Assembly: GCA_028700115.1 (NCBI GenBank)
Contig: JAQVTI010000010.1
Span: 1 to 32,000, forward strand
Direction: 5' to 3'
Source of the DNA: Candidatus Iainarchaeum sp.
GTDB lineage: Archaea; Iainarchaeota; Iainarchaeia; Iainarchaeales; CSSED10-239
DNA: 32,000 nt
Below the pieces are notes generated by a model. It was not told the DNA's origin, did no database searches, and saw nothing but the letters and a program-made list of their open reading frames with translations. The first letter of the stretch is position 1. Each line of letters opens with the position of its first letter. Of the stretch, positions 15,797-25,470 are shown piece by piece. The translations under genes were made by a program, and so were the position numbers.

Positions 15797-16896
15797 ATTT
15801 TATAATTTTTTAAAAAATCTATCTGGAAACTTTCAAAGTTTCCTTCTTTTATTTTTTTTCTTGCTTCTTCTATTAATCTATGAATAAATCTTATATTATG
15901 CATAGACATTAAAATTTTAACACCAGGTTCATTTAATCTATATAGATGATATAAATAAGCTAAAGTATGTTTTTTACAACAAGGACAATCACAATCTTTT
16001 TCTACTTTTTCAAAGTTTTCTTTATAGATTGCTTTTTTTATATTAATAGGTCCTTTTCTTGTAAATAAAATTCCATGTCTTGCCATCTTTGTAGGATAAA
16101 TAGAATCAAAACAATCCACCCCTTTTCCAATAGCTTGAATAATATCTTCAGGAGACCCAACACCCATTAAATATTTTATTTTACCTCTATCTATATGCTC
16201 TAGAGAATAATCAATTGCCTTGTGCATGTTTTCTTTTGACTCACCTAAAGCAAGACCACCAATTGCAATTCCATCAAATGGTAGAGAATTAATTTCTTTT
16301 GCACATTTTTCTCTTAAATCTTTATATATCCCACCCTGAACTATTCCAAAAAGTAATTGATCTTTATTTTTATGTACTTTTATAGCTCTTTTTGCCCAAT
16401 CAATAGTTCTATTTACTGCAATTTCATAGTCTTTTTTAGTTTTATGTGCATCTTGCATATCATCTAAAATCATAGCAACATCAGAAGATATATTATTTTG
16501 AAGTTTGATTACTCTTTCAGGAGACATAAAATGTTTATCTCCATTAAAAGGTGATCTAAACCAAACTCCTTTATTATTTATCTTAATCATAAATTCTGGA
16601 TTTTTTAATTGAAAACCTCCAGAATCTGTAAAAATTCCACCTTTCCAATTTATAAAATTATGATAATCTTTTGTTTTTTTTAAAAGATCTTCTCCTGGTT
16701 TTAGATAAAGTAAATATGAATTTGAAATAAAACATTTTGTATTCAATTTTTCTAATTGATCTAAAGTTAAATACTTAGCAATACCTTTTGTTACTACAGG
16801 CATAAAAAAAGGAGTTTTAATTTCTGCATGCTTAGTTTTTAAAACACCTGTTCTTGCAAGTGTATTTTTATCTTTTTTAGAAATTGTAAAACACAT
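15793..16896 (-). CDS. tgt: Queuine/bacterial-type tRNA-guanine transglycosylase
   Basis: FFMPVVTKG...GIFTDSGGFQ...SPERVIKLQNNISSDVAMILDD...LFGIVQGGIYKDLREKCA..I....FDGIAIGGLALGE...YLMGVGSPEDI..AI..GVDCFDSIYPTKMARHG...YLYHLYRLNEP...HNIRF; 367 aa with bacterial-type C-terminus. Confidence 0.93.
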   Translation of the reverse strand: MCFTISKKDKNTLARTGVLKTKHAEIKTPFFMPVVTKGIAKYLTLDQLEKLNTKCFISNSYLLYLKPGEDLLKKTKDYHNFINWKGGIFTDSGGFQLKNPEFMIKINNKGVWFRSPFNGDKHFMSPERVIKLQNNISSDVAMILDDMQDAHKTKKDYEIAVNRTIDWAKRAIKVHKNKDQLLFGIVQGGIYKDLREKCAKEINSLPFDGIAIGGLALGESKENMHKAIDYSLEHIDRGKIKYLMGVGSPEDIIQAIGKGVDCFDSIYPTKMARHGILFTRKGPINIKKAIYKENFEKVEKDCDCPCCKKHTLAYLYHLYRLNEPGVKILMSMHNIRFIHRLIEEARKKIKEGNFESFQIDFLKNYKI

Positions 16897-16919
16897 ATAT
16901 AATCAACAACTTTATTTTT

Positions 16920-17783
16920 TTAAAATATAAGAAATAAATATTTAGAAACTAATAAAAAAACAATAAGTCCTAAAAAAATAAAAGGACCAAACTTAGGAAG
17001 ATTATAATAAATTGGAAGTTTTTTTATTTTTTTAGATTTTTTAAATCTTAAGATATCTTTTTCTTCAATAACTGTTCTGTTTTTTAATTTTAAATCTTCT
17101 AAAGATAAATCTTTTAGATACTCAACAGCTAAAACATCTCCATCTTCTAGATCATTTACTAACTTATATTCTAAATAAATATATTCTTTAACTTCTTTTT
17201 CAAAAATCACAATAAAAAGCCCAAATAAAATAGGAATTAATATTAAAAAATATAAATAATTAAAATACAAAGTAGAAAAAGAATATATAAGCATAAATAA
17301 AAATATTAAAAAGAAAAATACAGATTTAATTATATAATTTATTTTAGATTTTAATAAATCTAAAAATTTAATTTTTTTAATTCTAAAAACTTTAATAAGT
17401 TTAAATGAATAGACTATAGAAATTATAAAAACAGATAATAATGAAGAAAATAAAATTACCCAAAGAATAGTTAGTTGATTATTTAGATAAGGCAAAACTA
17501 AATGAAGACCAATAAATAATTTAATATCCCCTCCTCCAAGTTTCCCAAAATAATACAACAAATATCCAATAAGATAAATTAAAACTCCTATTCCAATTAC
17601 TTTTAAAAAATAAATATAACCTAATAAATTAATTATAAAACAATCTAAAACTAAAAAGATTAATCCTAAACAAATTAATGGAAAGCTAAGCCAATTATAA
17701 ATATATCCTTTTTTAAAATCTGTATAGCTTGCAATAAAGCAAGCAATTACTATAACTATAATTTTTAAAATTAACAAATCCAT
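16920..17783 (-). CDS. A24-family prepilin/preflagellin peptidase
   Basis: IASYTDFKKGYIYNWLSFPLI (TD..xG.I.N) and YYFGKLGGGDIKLFIGLHLVLP (GGGDIK): both catalytic Asp motifs and multiple TM helices. Confidence 0.85.
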   Translation of the reverse strand: MDLLILKIIVIVIACFIASYTDFKKGYIYNWLSFPLICLGLIFLVLDCFIINLLGYIYFLKVIGIGVLIYLIGYLLYYFGKLGGGDIKLFIGLHLVLPYLNNQLTILWVILFSSLLSVFIISIVYSFKLIKVFRIKKIKFLDLLKSKINYIIKSVFFFLIFLFMLIYSFSTLYFNYLYFLILIPILFGLFIVIFEKEVKEYIYLEYKLVNDLEDGDVLAVEYLKDLSLEDLKLKNRTVIEEKDILRFKKSKKIKKLPIYYNLPKFGPFIFLGLIVFLLVSKYLFLIF

Positions 17784-17795
17784 ATTTTTTCAAAA

Positions 17796-19193
17796 TTATT
17801 TAAATTTAAAATTTTTTGCCATTTGTTCCATTTGTTTAGGGTCCATTCCTTCCATTTTAGATAAATCTGGTATTTTACCACCCATTTTTCTCATCATAGA
17901 ATTTATATTCCCACCACGTGCACCAAATTGTTTAAACATCTTCCTCATCTTTTTTACATGAGAAATCATTTCTCTAACTTCTTCAAATTTAGTTCCTGAA
18001 CCTTTAGAAATTCTTTCAATTCTACTTCTAGTAATATCTTGGGGAATTGAATTTAATTCATTTTTTGTAAAAGAATCAAGTATAAAACCATATTTTTTTA
18101 TTTTCTCTTGACCCATATTAAGTTGATCTTTAGGAATCTTACCACCTATTCCAAGCATATTTATAACTTTTGAAAAAGGACCTAATCTTTTTGTAGCTTT
18201 TAATTGCTTTTTAAAAAGATTAAAAGTAAAGTCTCCTTTCATAAGCTCTTGAGCCATTTTTTCATCAATATCTTCTTCAGTTCCAAGTTCTTTAATTTTT
18301 TCTAAAAGACCTTCTAAATCCCCAAAACCTAAAATTCTAGAAAGATATCTATTTGCATCAAATATTTCTATATCTTCTAACTTTTCACCAGTTCCTATAA
18401 AATAAATAGGGGATTTTGTAATATAACATGCAGTTAATGCTCCACCACCTTTAGCAGAACCATCAAGCTTAGAAATTATAACCCCATTAATACCAATTGC
18501 TTGGTTAAACTTTTCTGCTTGTTCTTTTGCAGCTTGACCAATATCAGCTGAAAGAACTAAAAATGAATATTTTGGTAAAAAAACAGAATTAATATCTTTA
18601 ATTTCTAGAGTTAATTGATCATCTAAAGCACTTCTTCCAGCAGTATCTACAATTATTAAATTAACTTTGTCTTTTAATTCTTCTAAACCTTTTTTAACAA
18701 TCTCACTTGCAATTTTTATAGATTTATCTCCATAAAAAAAACACCCCACCTTATCACATAACTGTTTTAATTGTTCATAAGCTGCAGGTCTAAAAACATC
18801 TGCACAAATTACACCTACTCTTTTTCCTCTTTTTCTATAAAAATTAGCAAGCTTTCCAGCACTAGTTGTTTTTCCAGAACCAAAAAGTCCACATAAAAGT
18901 ATTTTTTCTGGGTTTTCTTCTAATTTTTTTTCTTGGTCCCCACCTATGTTTTTTAAAATAATATCATAACAAATTTTTACAATATGTTCTTTTCTAGTTA
19001 ATTCTTCTGGGATTTTTTCAAAAGCTTTTTCTTCTATCTCTTTTGAAATTTTTAAAACTAATTGAATATTTACATCTGAAGAAATTAAAGCTCTTTGGAT
19101 ATCTTTAATTACTTCTTTTATTAGATCTTTATCAACATGAATAGAATATTTAACTTTATCAATTGCACTTTTTAACTTATCCCCAAAACCCAT
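17796..19193 (-). CDS. srp54: Signal recognition particle 54 kDa protein
   Basis: GLFGSGKTTSAGKLANFYRKRGKRVGVICADVFRPAAYEQLKQL, IIVDTAGR, KLDGSAKGGGAL, IGTGEKLEDIEIFD. Start likely MGFGDKLK rather than MLYMGF. Confidence 0.95.
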   Translation of the reverse strand: MGFGDKLKSAIDKVKYSIHVDKDLIKEVIKDIQRALISSDVNIQLVLKISKEIEEKAFEKIPEELTRKEHIVKICYDIILKNIGGDQEKKLEENPEKILLCGLFGSGKTTSAGKLANFYRKRGKRVGVICADVFRPAAYEQLKQLCDKVGCFFYGDKSIKIASEIVKKGLEELKDKVNLIIVDTAGRSALDDQLTLEIKDINSVFLPKYSFLVLSADIGQAAKEQAEKFNQAIGINGVIISKLDGSAKGGGALTACYITKSPIYFIGTGEKLEDIEIFDANRYLSRILGFGDLEGLLEKIKELGTEEDIDEKMAQELMKGDFTFNLFKKQLKATKRLGPFSKVINMLGIGGKIPKDQLNMGQEKIKKYGFILDSFTKNELNSIPQDITRSRIERISKGSGTKFEEVREMISHVKKMRKMFKQFGARGGNINSMMRKMGGKIPDLSKMEGMDPKQMEQMAKNFKFK

Positions 19194-19321
19194 ATATAAC
19201 AACTCTTTTATTATAAAAATACAACAAATACTAAAATATATTTATATATATTTAGTAAAGAAAGAAATATAAAGGGTTTATCTTATATAAAATAATAACT
19301 AAAGAAAAAAAGGTGAAACAA

Positions 19322-19456
19322 ATGCCAATTAAAAAAATATTCAAAAAAAAACAAAATAAAAAAATAATCCAAGAAAAAAGAAAAGGATTAACAGAAAAAG
19401 AAGCAATTGAAGAATTTAAAAAACATATTAGAGAACATACTAGAAAAACTAAATAA
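19322..19456 (+). CDS. Small basic 44-aa ORF, hypothetical, convergent with ftsY
   Basis: MPIKKIFKKKQNKKIIQEKRKGLTEKEAIEEFKKHIREHTRKTK*, preceded by gaaaaaaggtgaaa, a plausible RBS. Confidence 0.45.
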   Translation: MPIKKIFKKKQNKKIIQEKRKGLTEKEAIEEFKKHIREHTRKTK

Positions 19457-20936
19457 TCCTATTAACTATATAACTTGCAGAAAAATCTTCTAAATCATTA
19501 TAATTTTGACCTGTTCCTATAAAAAAAATTGGCTTTTTAAGCTCATTTAAAATAGAAATTGCAACACCACCTTTAGGGTCAGTATCTATTTTTGTTAAAA
19601 TAATTCCATCAAGACCAATCTCTGAATCAAATTTTGAAATTTGATCAACAATTGATTGCCCAGTTTGAGATTCTCCAATATATATTGTTATATGTGGTTT
19701 TATTACTCTTTTAATTTTTTCAAGTTCTCTTAATAAATTAGAATTTGTATCTTGTCTTCCAGCAGTATCTATTAAAACAATATCATAATTATTAGCTTTT
19801 GCAGAAGTAACAGTATCAAAAGCAACAGCAGCTGGATCAGAACCATAATTTTGTTTAATTATTTTAACTCCAATTCTATTTGCATGTTCTTGTAATTGAT
19901 CAATACTTCCTGCTCTAAAAGTATCTGAAGAAGATAAAATTATTTTTTTACCATTATCTTTAAATTTTTTTGCAAACTTTGCAATTGTAGTAGTTTTCCC
20001 AGCACCATTTGGACCAACAAATAAAATAATTAAAGGTTCTTGTAAATTTTTTGGAATAAATTTATTAAAATCACAATCAATATCAAGCTCTAAAAGTAAA
20101 CTTTCTTTAATCACATTTTTAATATCTTCCATTAAATTTTTTTTAGAAAAAGAAGCAGACTTTAACTGTTCTTTCAAACTATTTACAATTGCTTGAGAAG
20201 CATTTATTGAAACATCAGCTTCAAGTAAAGATAACTCAAAATCTTCTAAAAAAAAAGAAATATCACTTTCAGAGAGTTTAATTTTTGAAGAAAATAAAGA
20301 CTTTAACGAACTAGAAATACCTGTTTTTATAGAATCTTGCTTTTTAAAACTTAAATCTTGATATTCCTTTGAAGAAAAATCAATTTCTCTTTTAAAACCA
20401 GAAGCAAGCTCTTGTTTTGTAAAAGAATGACCACTTGGGGGGATATCTTGTTCTTTTTTAATTTTTATTTTTTGTTTTTCTATATATTCTTCTGATTTTA
20501 AAAAATTATTTGAATCTCGAGATAAATTTTGATTTTGTATAAGATCTTCTTCAACATCAGATTTTATTTTTTCTTCTTCAACATCAGATTTTATTTTTTC
20601 TTCTTCAGAAATGTTTTTAATTGAAATAGATTTATTTGACTTAACATTATTATTTATTATATTAATATTATTATTTTGACTGTCATTAGCTTCATGTCCA
20701 AGAAATAATGGTTTTTCCTTATTTAAAATATTTTCATCAGATTTTTCTAAAATATTTTTATTTTGAATAGTTTCAATATTTGATTTATTTTGTAAATCTT
20801 TAACTAAATTTTCAGATTTAAAATTATTATCTAAAATCTCTTTTGAATCTTTTAAAGAGTCTTTAACTTTTTCTTCTGATTTCCCAAAAACTTTTTCTGC
20901 AAACCCTTTAAATTTTTTTTTAAGCATCCCAAACAT
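19449..20936 (-). CDS. ftsY: Signal recognition particle receptor FtsY with long charged N-terminal region
   Basis: LFVGPNGAGKTTTIAKFAKKFKDNGKKIILSSSDTFRAGSIDQLQEHA, IVLIDTAGRQDTNSNLLRELEKI, ILTKIDTDPKGG, FIGTGQNYNDLEDF. Exact start uncertain among MIFMFGM. Confidence 0.95.
   Translation of the reverse strand: MFGMLKKKFKGFAEKVFGKSEEKVKDSLKDSKEILDNNFKSENLVKDLQNKSNIETIQNKNILEKSDENILNKEKPLFLGHEANDSQNNNINIINNNVKSNKSISIKNISEEEKIKSDVEEEKIKSDVEEDLIQNQNLSRDSNNFLKSEEYIEKQKIKIKKEQDIPPSGHSFTKQELASGFKREIDFSSKEYQDLSFKKQDSIKTGISSSLKSLFSSKIKLSESDISFFLEDFELSLLEADVSINASQAIVNSLKEQLKSASFSKKNLMEDIKNVIKESLLLELDIDCDFNKFIPKNLQEPLIILFVGPNGAGKTTTIAKFAKKFKDNGKKIILSSSDTFRAGSIDQLQEHANRIGVKIIKQNYGSDPAAVAFDTVTSAKANNYDIVLIDTAGRQDTNSNLLRELEKIKRVIKPHITIYIGESQTGQSIVDQISKFDSEIGLDGIILTKIDTDPKGGVAISILNELKKPIFFIGTGQNYNDLEDFSASYIVNRII
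20545..20607. repeat. 27-bp in-frame tandem repeat within ftsY (9 aa, EEEKIKSDV), about 2.3 copies
   Basis: tcttcttcaacatcagattttattttt repeated at 20545, 20572 and partially at 20599. Confidence 0.85.
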
Positions 20937-21048
20937 AAAAATCACTAATAATTATAAAATATATAAAATATTAAAGGTAAAAAGATTTAAATAATAAACT
21001 AGAATAAGATAAATTAAATAAAAATAAAAAAAAGATAAATTATAAAAA

Positions 21049-21504
21049 TTAGTTTACAACTTGTTTATCTTGTTTTTTATTTTCAGATATTTGCATTTGA
21101 TTTAATGCTTTTGAAATTTGTTGTAATAACCCTACATTCTTTCTATAACTTTCTGTAAATTTTTTTCTAAGATCTAAAAGTTCTTCTTTTCTTTTCTTTA
21201 AATCTTCTAAAATTACAGATAACTCTTTATCAATCATTATATTCCCTGGAAGAGTAACTTTTGCTTCTTTTTTATTAACAACTTCACATTCTACTAATAT
21301 CCCAGCACCAACATTAACCATTATTTGTTCTTTATCTTTTGACTTTGAAACTTCTTTTAATGTTTGCTCTGCTTTATTTACTTCTAATAATAAATTCTCA
21401 ATTTCTTTTAATCTAGATGTAATTCCAGATAATTCTTGTTCTTTTTGTTTATATAATGAAATTGTCTGATTTTTATTTAATGTAATTTTTTTATTTTCAA
21501 CCAT
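21049..21504 (-). CDS. pfdA: Prefoldin alpha subunit
   Basis: Coiled-coil flanks with VNVGAGILVECEVVNKKEAKVTLPGNIMIDKEL, typical of prefoldin alpha. Confidence 0.85.
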   Translation of the reverse strand: MVENKKITLNKNQTISLYKQKEQELSGITSRLKEIENLLLEVNKAEQTLKEVSKSKDKEQIMVNVGAGILVECEVVNKKEAKVTLPGNIMIDKELSVILEDLKKRKEELLDLRKKFTESYRKNVGLLQQISKALNQMQISENKKQDKQVVN

Positions 21505-21564
21505 ATTTTCACCTTTTAAATATTTTCTATAAATATTTTATTTTAAAAACATTTTTTAAATAAA

Positions 21565-22236
21565 TTATTTAATATCTACAATTAAATCATCTATTCTTAA
21601 TAATTCAGCATTACTAGTTTTATTCCCAATAAATAAAACTTCTCTATTTCCAATAGCATCATTTCCAACAAATGACCCACCATAATTTAATGTAATAGGT
21701 ATGCCTTTTACTTTTAATTTTTTTGAAATATATTTATAATCTATTTCTGATATATTTGGATTTACTAAAAATAAATGATCATTAACATATAATGAAGATC
21801 CAATTAAATCTATTCCAGCAATATTTTTTTTTTCAATATCAACTTTTAAAAAAGAAGATATTTCTTTAATTGTTTGATCTTTTAAAAAATCTGCTGCAAA
21901 ACCATAATTTGAATTTAAACAAATTAAATTTCCTAATGCATTATAATCATTTATAACTTTTACTTTAATTTTTTCTTTTTCTAAAATATCAATTTCTTTT
22001 AAAATTGAATCATCTGTTCCAACAACAATTTTATCTTTAAGTCCAATTGAAAAAACCCCTAATAATGGAGATTGATTTATAGATGTTTTTATAATTTTTG
22101 TTTCTTTAAAATATTCTTTTAATACTTTTTCTTCTTTTTTTAGAATATTACTAGGAACTAAACAAAATTCTTCAGTTACAAAAGAATTTACCCCTAAATA
22201 AGGATTATTATTTATTGTAGTTTTTTTTAATTTCAT
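21565..22236 (-). CDS. eif6: Translation initiation factor aIF6
   Basis: NPYLGVNSFVTEEFCLVP...LGVFSIGLKDKIVVG...NALGNLICLNSNYGFA...GSSLYVNDHLFLVNP...GGSFVGNDAIGN. Confidence 0.93.
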   Translation of the reverse strand: MKLKKTTINNNPYLGVNSFVTEEFCLVPSNILKKEEKVLKEYFKETKIIKTSINQSPLLGVFSIGLKDKIVVGTDDSILKEIDILEKEKIKVKVINDYNALGNLICLNSNYGFAADFLKDQTIKEISSFLKVDIEKKNIAGIDLIGSSLYVNDHLFLVNPNISEIDYKYISKKLKVKGIPITLNYGGSFVGNDAIGNREVLFIGNKTSNAELLRIDDLIVDIK

Positions 22237-22378
22237 TTAAAATTACCTATTTAAAATTAATTATAAAATAAAAAAATAAAAGAAAAAAATTTCTTTTATT
22301 AATTGTTTTAGTTTATTTTTTCTTTAAAGAATAAAATAATTAAAAAAATCAAAAATAATTTATTTTTAGATCTATTAA

Positions 22379-22948
22379 TTATTTAGAAGATTCTATTTCA
22401 TTTAAAGAATTTTTAGAAGATTTATCTAAATTTTGTTCTAAAACTTCTGTTTGATCTATTTCATCTTTTAAATCTTTATTAACATCAACTTTTTTTTCTA
22501 TTTTATTTTCTTTTTTATTTTGTATTTTATTTTCTTTTTTATTTTCAACTTTTGATGTTTCTTTAGATTTATTTTTAGATGATTTAGATTCCACCATAGA
22601 ATCTCTTACTTCTTCAAGTTTGTCTTTAACAGATTGCTTCTTTTTTACTTCTTTTGCTTTATTTAAATCATAATTTTTAAAAGCATCTGAATCTTTTAAG
22701 AAAACATATATATTTTCTTTATCATTTTTTAAAGAAACTTCAATTTTCCTTGGAGGATATCTAATACTATTTTTCCAAAGAAATTCATTTACTTCTTTTG
22801 AAAGAAAAACATTTTCTTTTTCTTTTCTTGTATGTTTTCTTAAGAAATCATAAACTAACCCAACAGCTACATTTGCTCTTTTAGTTCTAGGCTTATCATA
22901 AGCCTTTCTTAATGGTATTATATAACTTTCTGCAGGCATAGACATCAC
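22379..22948 (-). CDS. rpl31e: Ribosomal protein L31e with long Lys/Glu/Ser-rich C-terminal extension
   Basis: YIIPLRKAYDKPRTKRANVAVGLVYDFLRKHTRK...VFLSKEVNEFLWKNSIRYPPRKIEV followed by ~95 low-complexity residues. Confidence 0.88.
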   Translation of the reverse strand: MMSMPAESYIIPLRKAYDKPRTKRANVAVGLVYDFLRKHTRKEKENVFLSKEVNEFLWKNSIRYPPRKIEVSLKNDKENIYVFLKDSDAFKNYDLNKAKEVKKKQSVKDKLEEVRDSMVESKSSKNKSKETSKVENKKENKIQNKKENKIEKKVDVNKDLKDEIDQTEVLEQNLDKSSKNSLNEIESSK

Positions 22949-23277
22949 TTCTTTCTCTTACTTTTTTTAATACTTTTATTTGTAATAGCAGTAGTATTTC
23001 TAGTTCTTACTTTTTTATTAAATCCAAATTTAACTTTTTTAGTTCTTTTTCCACTTTTTATAGGACTACTATTTTTTTCTTTTAATTTATCTAAGACTAA
23101 AGATCTATATTGAGAACCAAATTCTGTTTCTCTCCAATTTCTTTTTTGTCTTCTATTCCAAATTCTCTTTCCAGCCTTTTGAATAATCCAAACAGGAATA
23201 TTCATATATCCAAAACCTACTTTTTTTCTTTGAGCAATCAGGAATTCTTTAAATTCTCTATCTTTATTTCTTGCCAT
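22945..23277 (-). CDS. rpl39e: Ribosomal protein L39e-like, N- and C-terminally extended
   Basis: MARNKDREF...MNIPVWIIQKAGKRIWNRRQKRNWRETEFG matches the L39e core (MARNK..., PVW..xK..R), plus a basic C-terminal tail. Confidence 0.8.
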   Translation of the reverse strand: MARNKDREFKEFLIAQRKKVGFGYMNIPVWIIQKAGKRIWNRRQKRNWRETEFGSQYRSLVLDKLKEKNSSPIKSGKRTKKVKFGFNKKVRTRNTTAITNKSIKKSKRKK

Positions 23278-23296
23278 AAAAATCACTCCTTAAGTC

Positions 23297-23863
23297 CTAG
23301 TTTTCAGGCTCCTTTATTTGTTCAGAATCATTTTTATCTAAAAGATCTATTTTTTCTTTAATTACTTCTTTTTTATCAACTTTAGGTTTTTTAGTTACCA
23401 CCTTTGGTTTTTCTTCTTTTTCTTCTTTTTTTATATTAGTTAATACTTTAGAAGCAATAGAATCAAGATATTTTTGACCTTTAGAAGTTAAAATTCTTCC
23501 TTTTTTATCATCAGAAATTTTTACAAAACCTAACTTTTCTAAATCTTGTAAACAAACTCTAATTATTTTTCCACCAGATTTTCTAAAAACAGCTGGTCTA
23601 ACACCTCTTCTTTTTTTACCACCATAATATGATCTTAAAGAAGAAACAGTTACATTTCCAGAGATATACACTTTTCTTAAAATAGATGCCATTCTGATAA
23701 ACCACCAATCTGGATCTGTTGGTGCTTTTTCTCTATGAGAGCCGGTTTTTACAAATACAGCAAACTCTGGCATCAAAACACCCTTATTTTCTTTTAAGTC
23801 TTTTGCAACTTCTAAGATTAAAGGATGAGCCATTACATCTTTAACACTAGTCAAAGTTCTCAC
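23297..23863 (-). CDS. rps19e: Ribosomal protein S19e with charged C-terminal extension
   Basis: KTGSHREKAPTDPDWWFIRMASILRKVYISGNVTVSSLRSYYGGKKRRGVRP...RVCLQDLEKLGFV...GRILTSKGQKYLD. Confidence 0.95.
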   Translation of the reverse strand: MRTLTSVKDVMAHPLILEVAKDLKENKGVLMPEFAVFVKTGSHREKAPTDPDWWFIRMASILRKVYISGNVTVSSLRSYYGGKKRRGVRPAVFRKSGGKIIRVCLQDLEKLGFVKISDDKKGRILTSKGQKYLDSIASKVLTNIKKEEKEEKPKVVTKKPKVDKKEVIKEKIDLLDKNDSEQIKEPEN

Positions 23864-24035
23864 CTCATAGTAAATTAATACTATATATTTTTATCCTTTT
23901 TTAATAAATTTTTTTAAAAAAAGAATTATTTTTAAAAAATCTTTTTTAGAAATTAGATTTTTTAATAAACAATATATATTATAGAAAGAATCTATTTAAA
24001 TAGCTTTTCTTTATAATAATTTTCTTTAAAAAAAA

Positions 24036-25394
24036 CTAAATTTTTTGTTCTTTATATAATAAATGTTTTTTCATATAAAAATATGAATAAAAAGCAAAAA
24101 ACCAAGAAATTATAAAATTTACCCAAAAAATACTATAAATTCCAAAATCTAAAATAAAAACTACAAAAAAACAACCAATTATTAAAAATATAATTTTTTT
24201 AAAAAAAGAACCCCATAATAAAAATCCTGGTTTTTTAAAAGCTTGAAGTGTATATGCACTAATCATAAAAATAATTTCAGAAAAAACAGATAATATCGTA
24301 ATTCTTATTATTTTTACACCAATAGTTATTACAGAAAGATCTTTTGAAAAAATTATAATTGCATATTTTGAAAAAATAAATAAAATTACTGAAAATAATC
24401 CTATAATTAAAAAACTATATTTAAAAGATTTGTTAATAGTTTCTTTTATTCTTATAATATTTTTGGCTCCATTATTTTGTGAAACAATTGCAATTAAAGC
24501 CATGACTAAACCAATTAATGGAGTTATAATAATTTGTTCAATTCTAGAAGAAACACCTACTGCTGCAATAACTTCATTTCCAAAAAAAGATAAAAAATAA
24601 ATTAAAATTATTGAAGATAATGATAAAATAATATTACTAAAACTTGCAGGTAATGAATATTTTAAAATAATCATATAATTTTTTATTTTAGGAATAAAAT
24701 ATTTTAATTTAATTTGTCTAAAAAATGGATCTTTTAAAATAATCAATAATAAAATTAAAAATTTAATAAAATTAATTAAAATAGTAGCAAAAGCAATACC
24801 TTTAAGACCCATTGATGGAATAATCCAAAATCCATTCATAAATAGAGGATCTAAAATAATATTTGTAATTACTCCTATTACAACTAAATTTCTAAAAGTT
24901 TTTGAATCCCCTCTAGATATTAATATTGAATTTAATAAGTTTATAAAAAGAATAAATGGAATCCCAATATACAAAATATAAACATAATCTAAAGTTAATC
25001 TAAAAACCTCTAAATTCAAATGTAATAAATCTAAAATAGGTTTTGTAAAAAAAATTCCTATTAAAACTAAAAATATAGATAAAAATAAAACTAAAATAAT
25101 TCCTTGAGCTATTTGTTTTTGAGCATCTATTTTTTTATTTTCTCCTAATAAATTACCTACAAGAGTATTCATTCCAATACCAATTCCAGACCCTAAACTA
25201 ATTATTATAAAAAAAATAGGCATAGAAACAGTCATTGCAGAAAGGGCATCTACTGATATTTTTCCTGCATAAAATGTATCTATTAAATTATAAAATGTTT
25301 GAAAAATAAAACCTATTGCTGCTGGAACAGCTATATTTTTAATATGCTTTGAAATACTTCCTTTTGTAAGATCTTCTTTATTCATATTTACCAA
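24036..25394 (-). CDS. MATE-family multidrug/polysaccharide-type transporter
   Basis: Twelve-TM-like protein; GSISKHIKNIAVPAAIGFIFQTFYNLIDTFYAGKISVDALSAMTVSMPIFFIIISLGSGIGIGMNTLVGNLLGE. Confidence 0.93.
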   Translation of the reverse strand: MVNMNKEDLTKGSISKHIKNIAVPAAIGFIFQTFYNLIDTFYAGKISVDALSAMTVSMPIFFIIISLGSGIGIGMNTLVGNLLGENKKIDAQKQIAQGIILVLFLSIFLVLIGIFFTKPILDLLHLNLEVFRLTLDYVYILYIGIPFILFINLLNSILISRGDSKTFRNLVVIGVITNIILDPLFMNGFWIIPSMGLKGIAFATILINFIKFLILLLIILKDPFFRQIKLKYFIPKIKNYMIILKYSLPASFSNIILSLSSIILIYFLSFFGNEVIAAVGVSSRIEQIIITPLIGLVMALIAIVSQNNGAKNIIRIKETINKSFKYSFLIIGLFSVILFIFSKYAIIIFSKDLSVITIGVKIIRITILSVFSEIIFMISAYTLQAFKKPGFLLWGSFFKKIIFLIIGCFFVVFILDFGIYSIFWVNFIISWFFAFYSYFYMKKHLLYKEQKI

Positions 25395-25470
25395 ATAAAA
25401 ATATATTATTTTTTAATTTTTAAAGAAAATTGATTTTTAATTTTTAAAAATAATGCTTATTAAAAAAAAA

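Noticed and set aside
23110-23361. Plus-strand ORF (83 aa)
   Set aside because: Antisense to the L39e/S19e genes.
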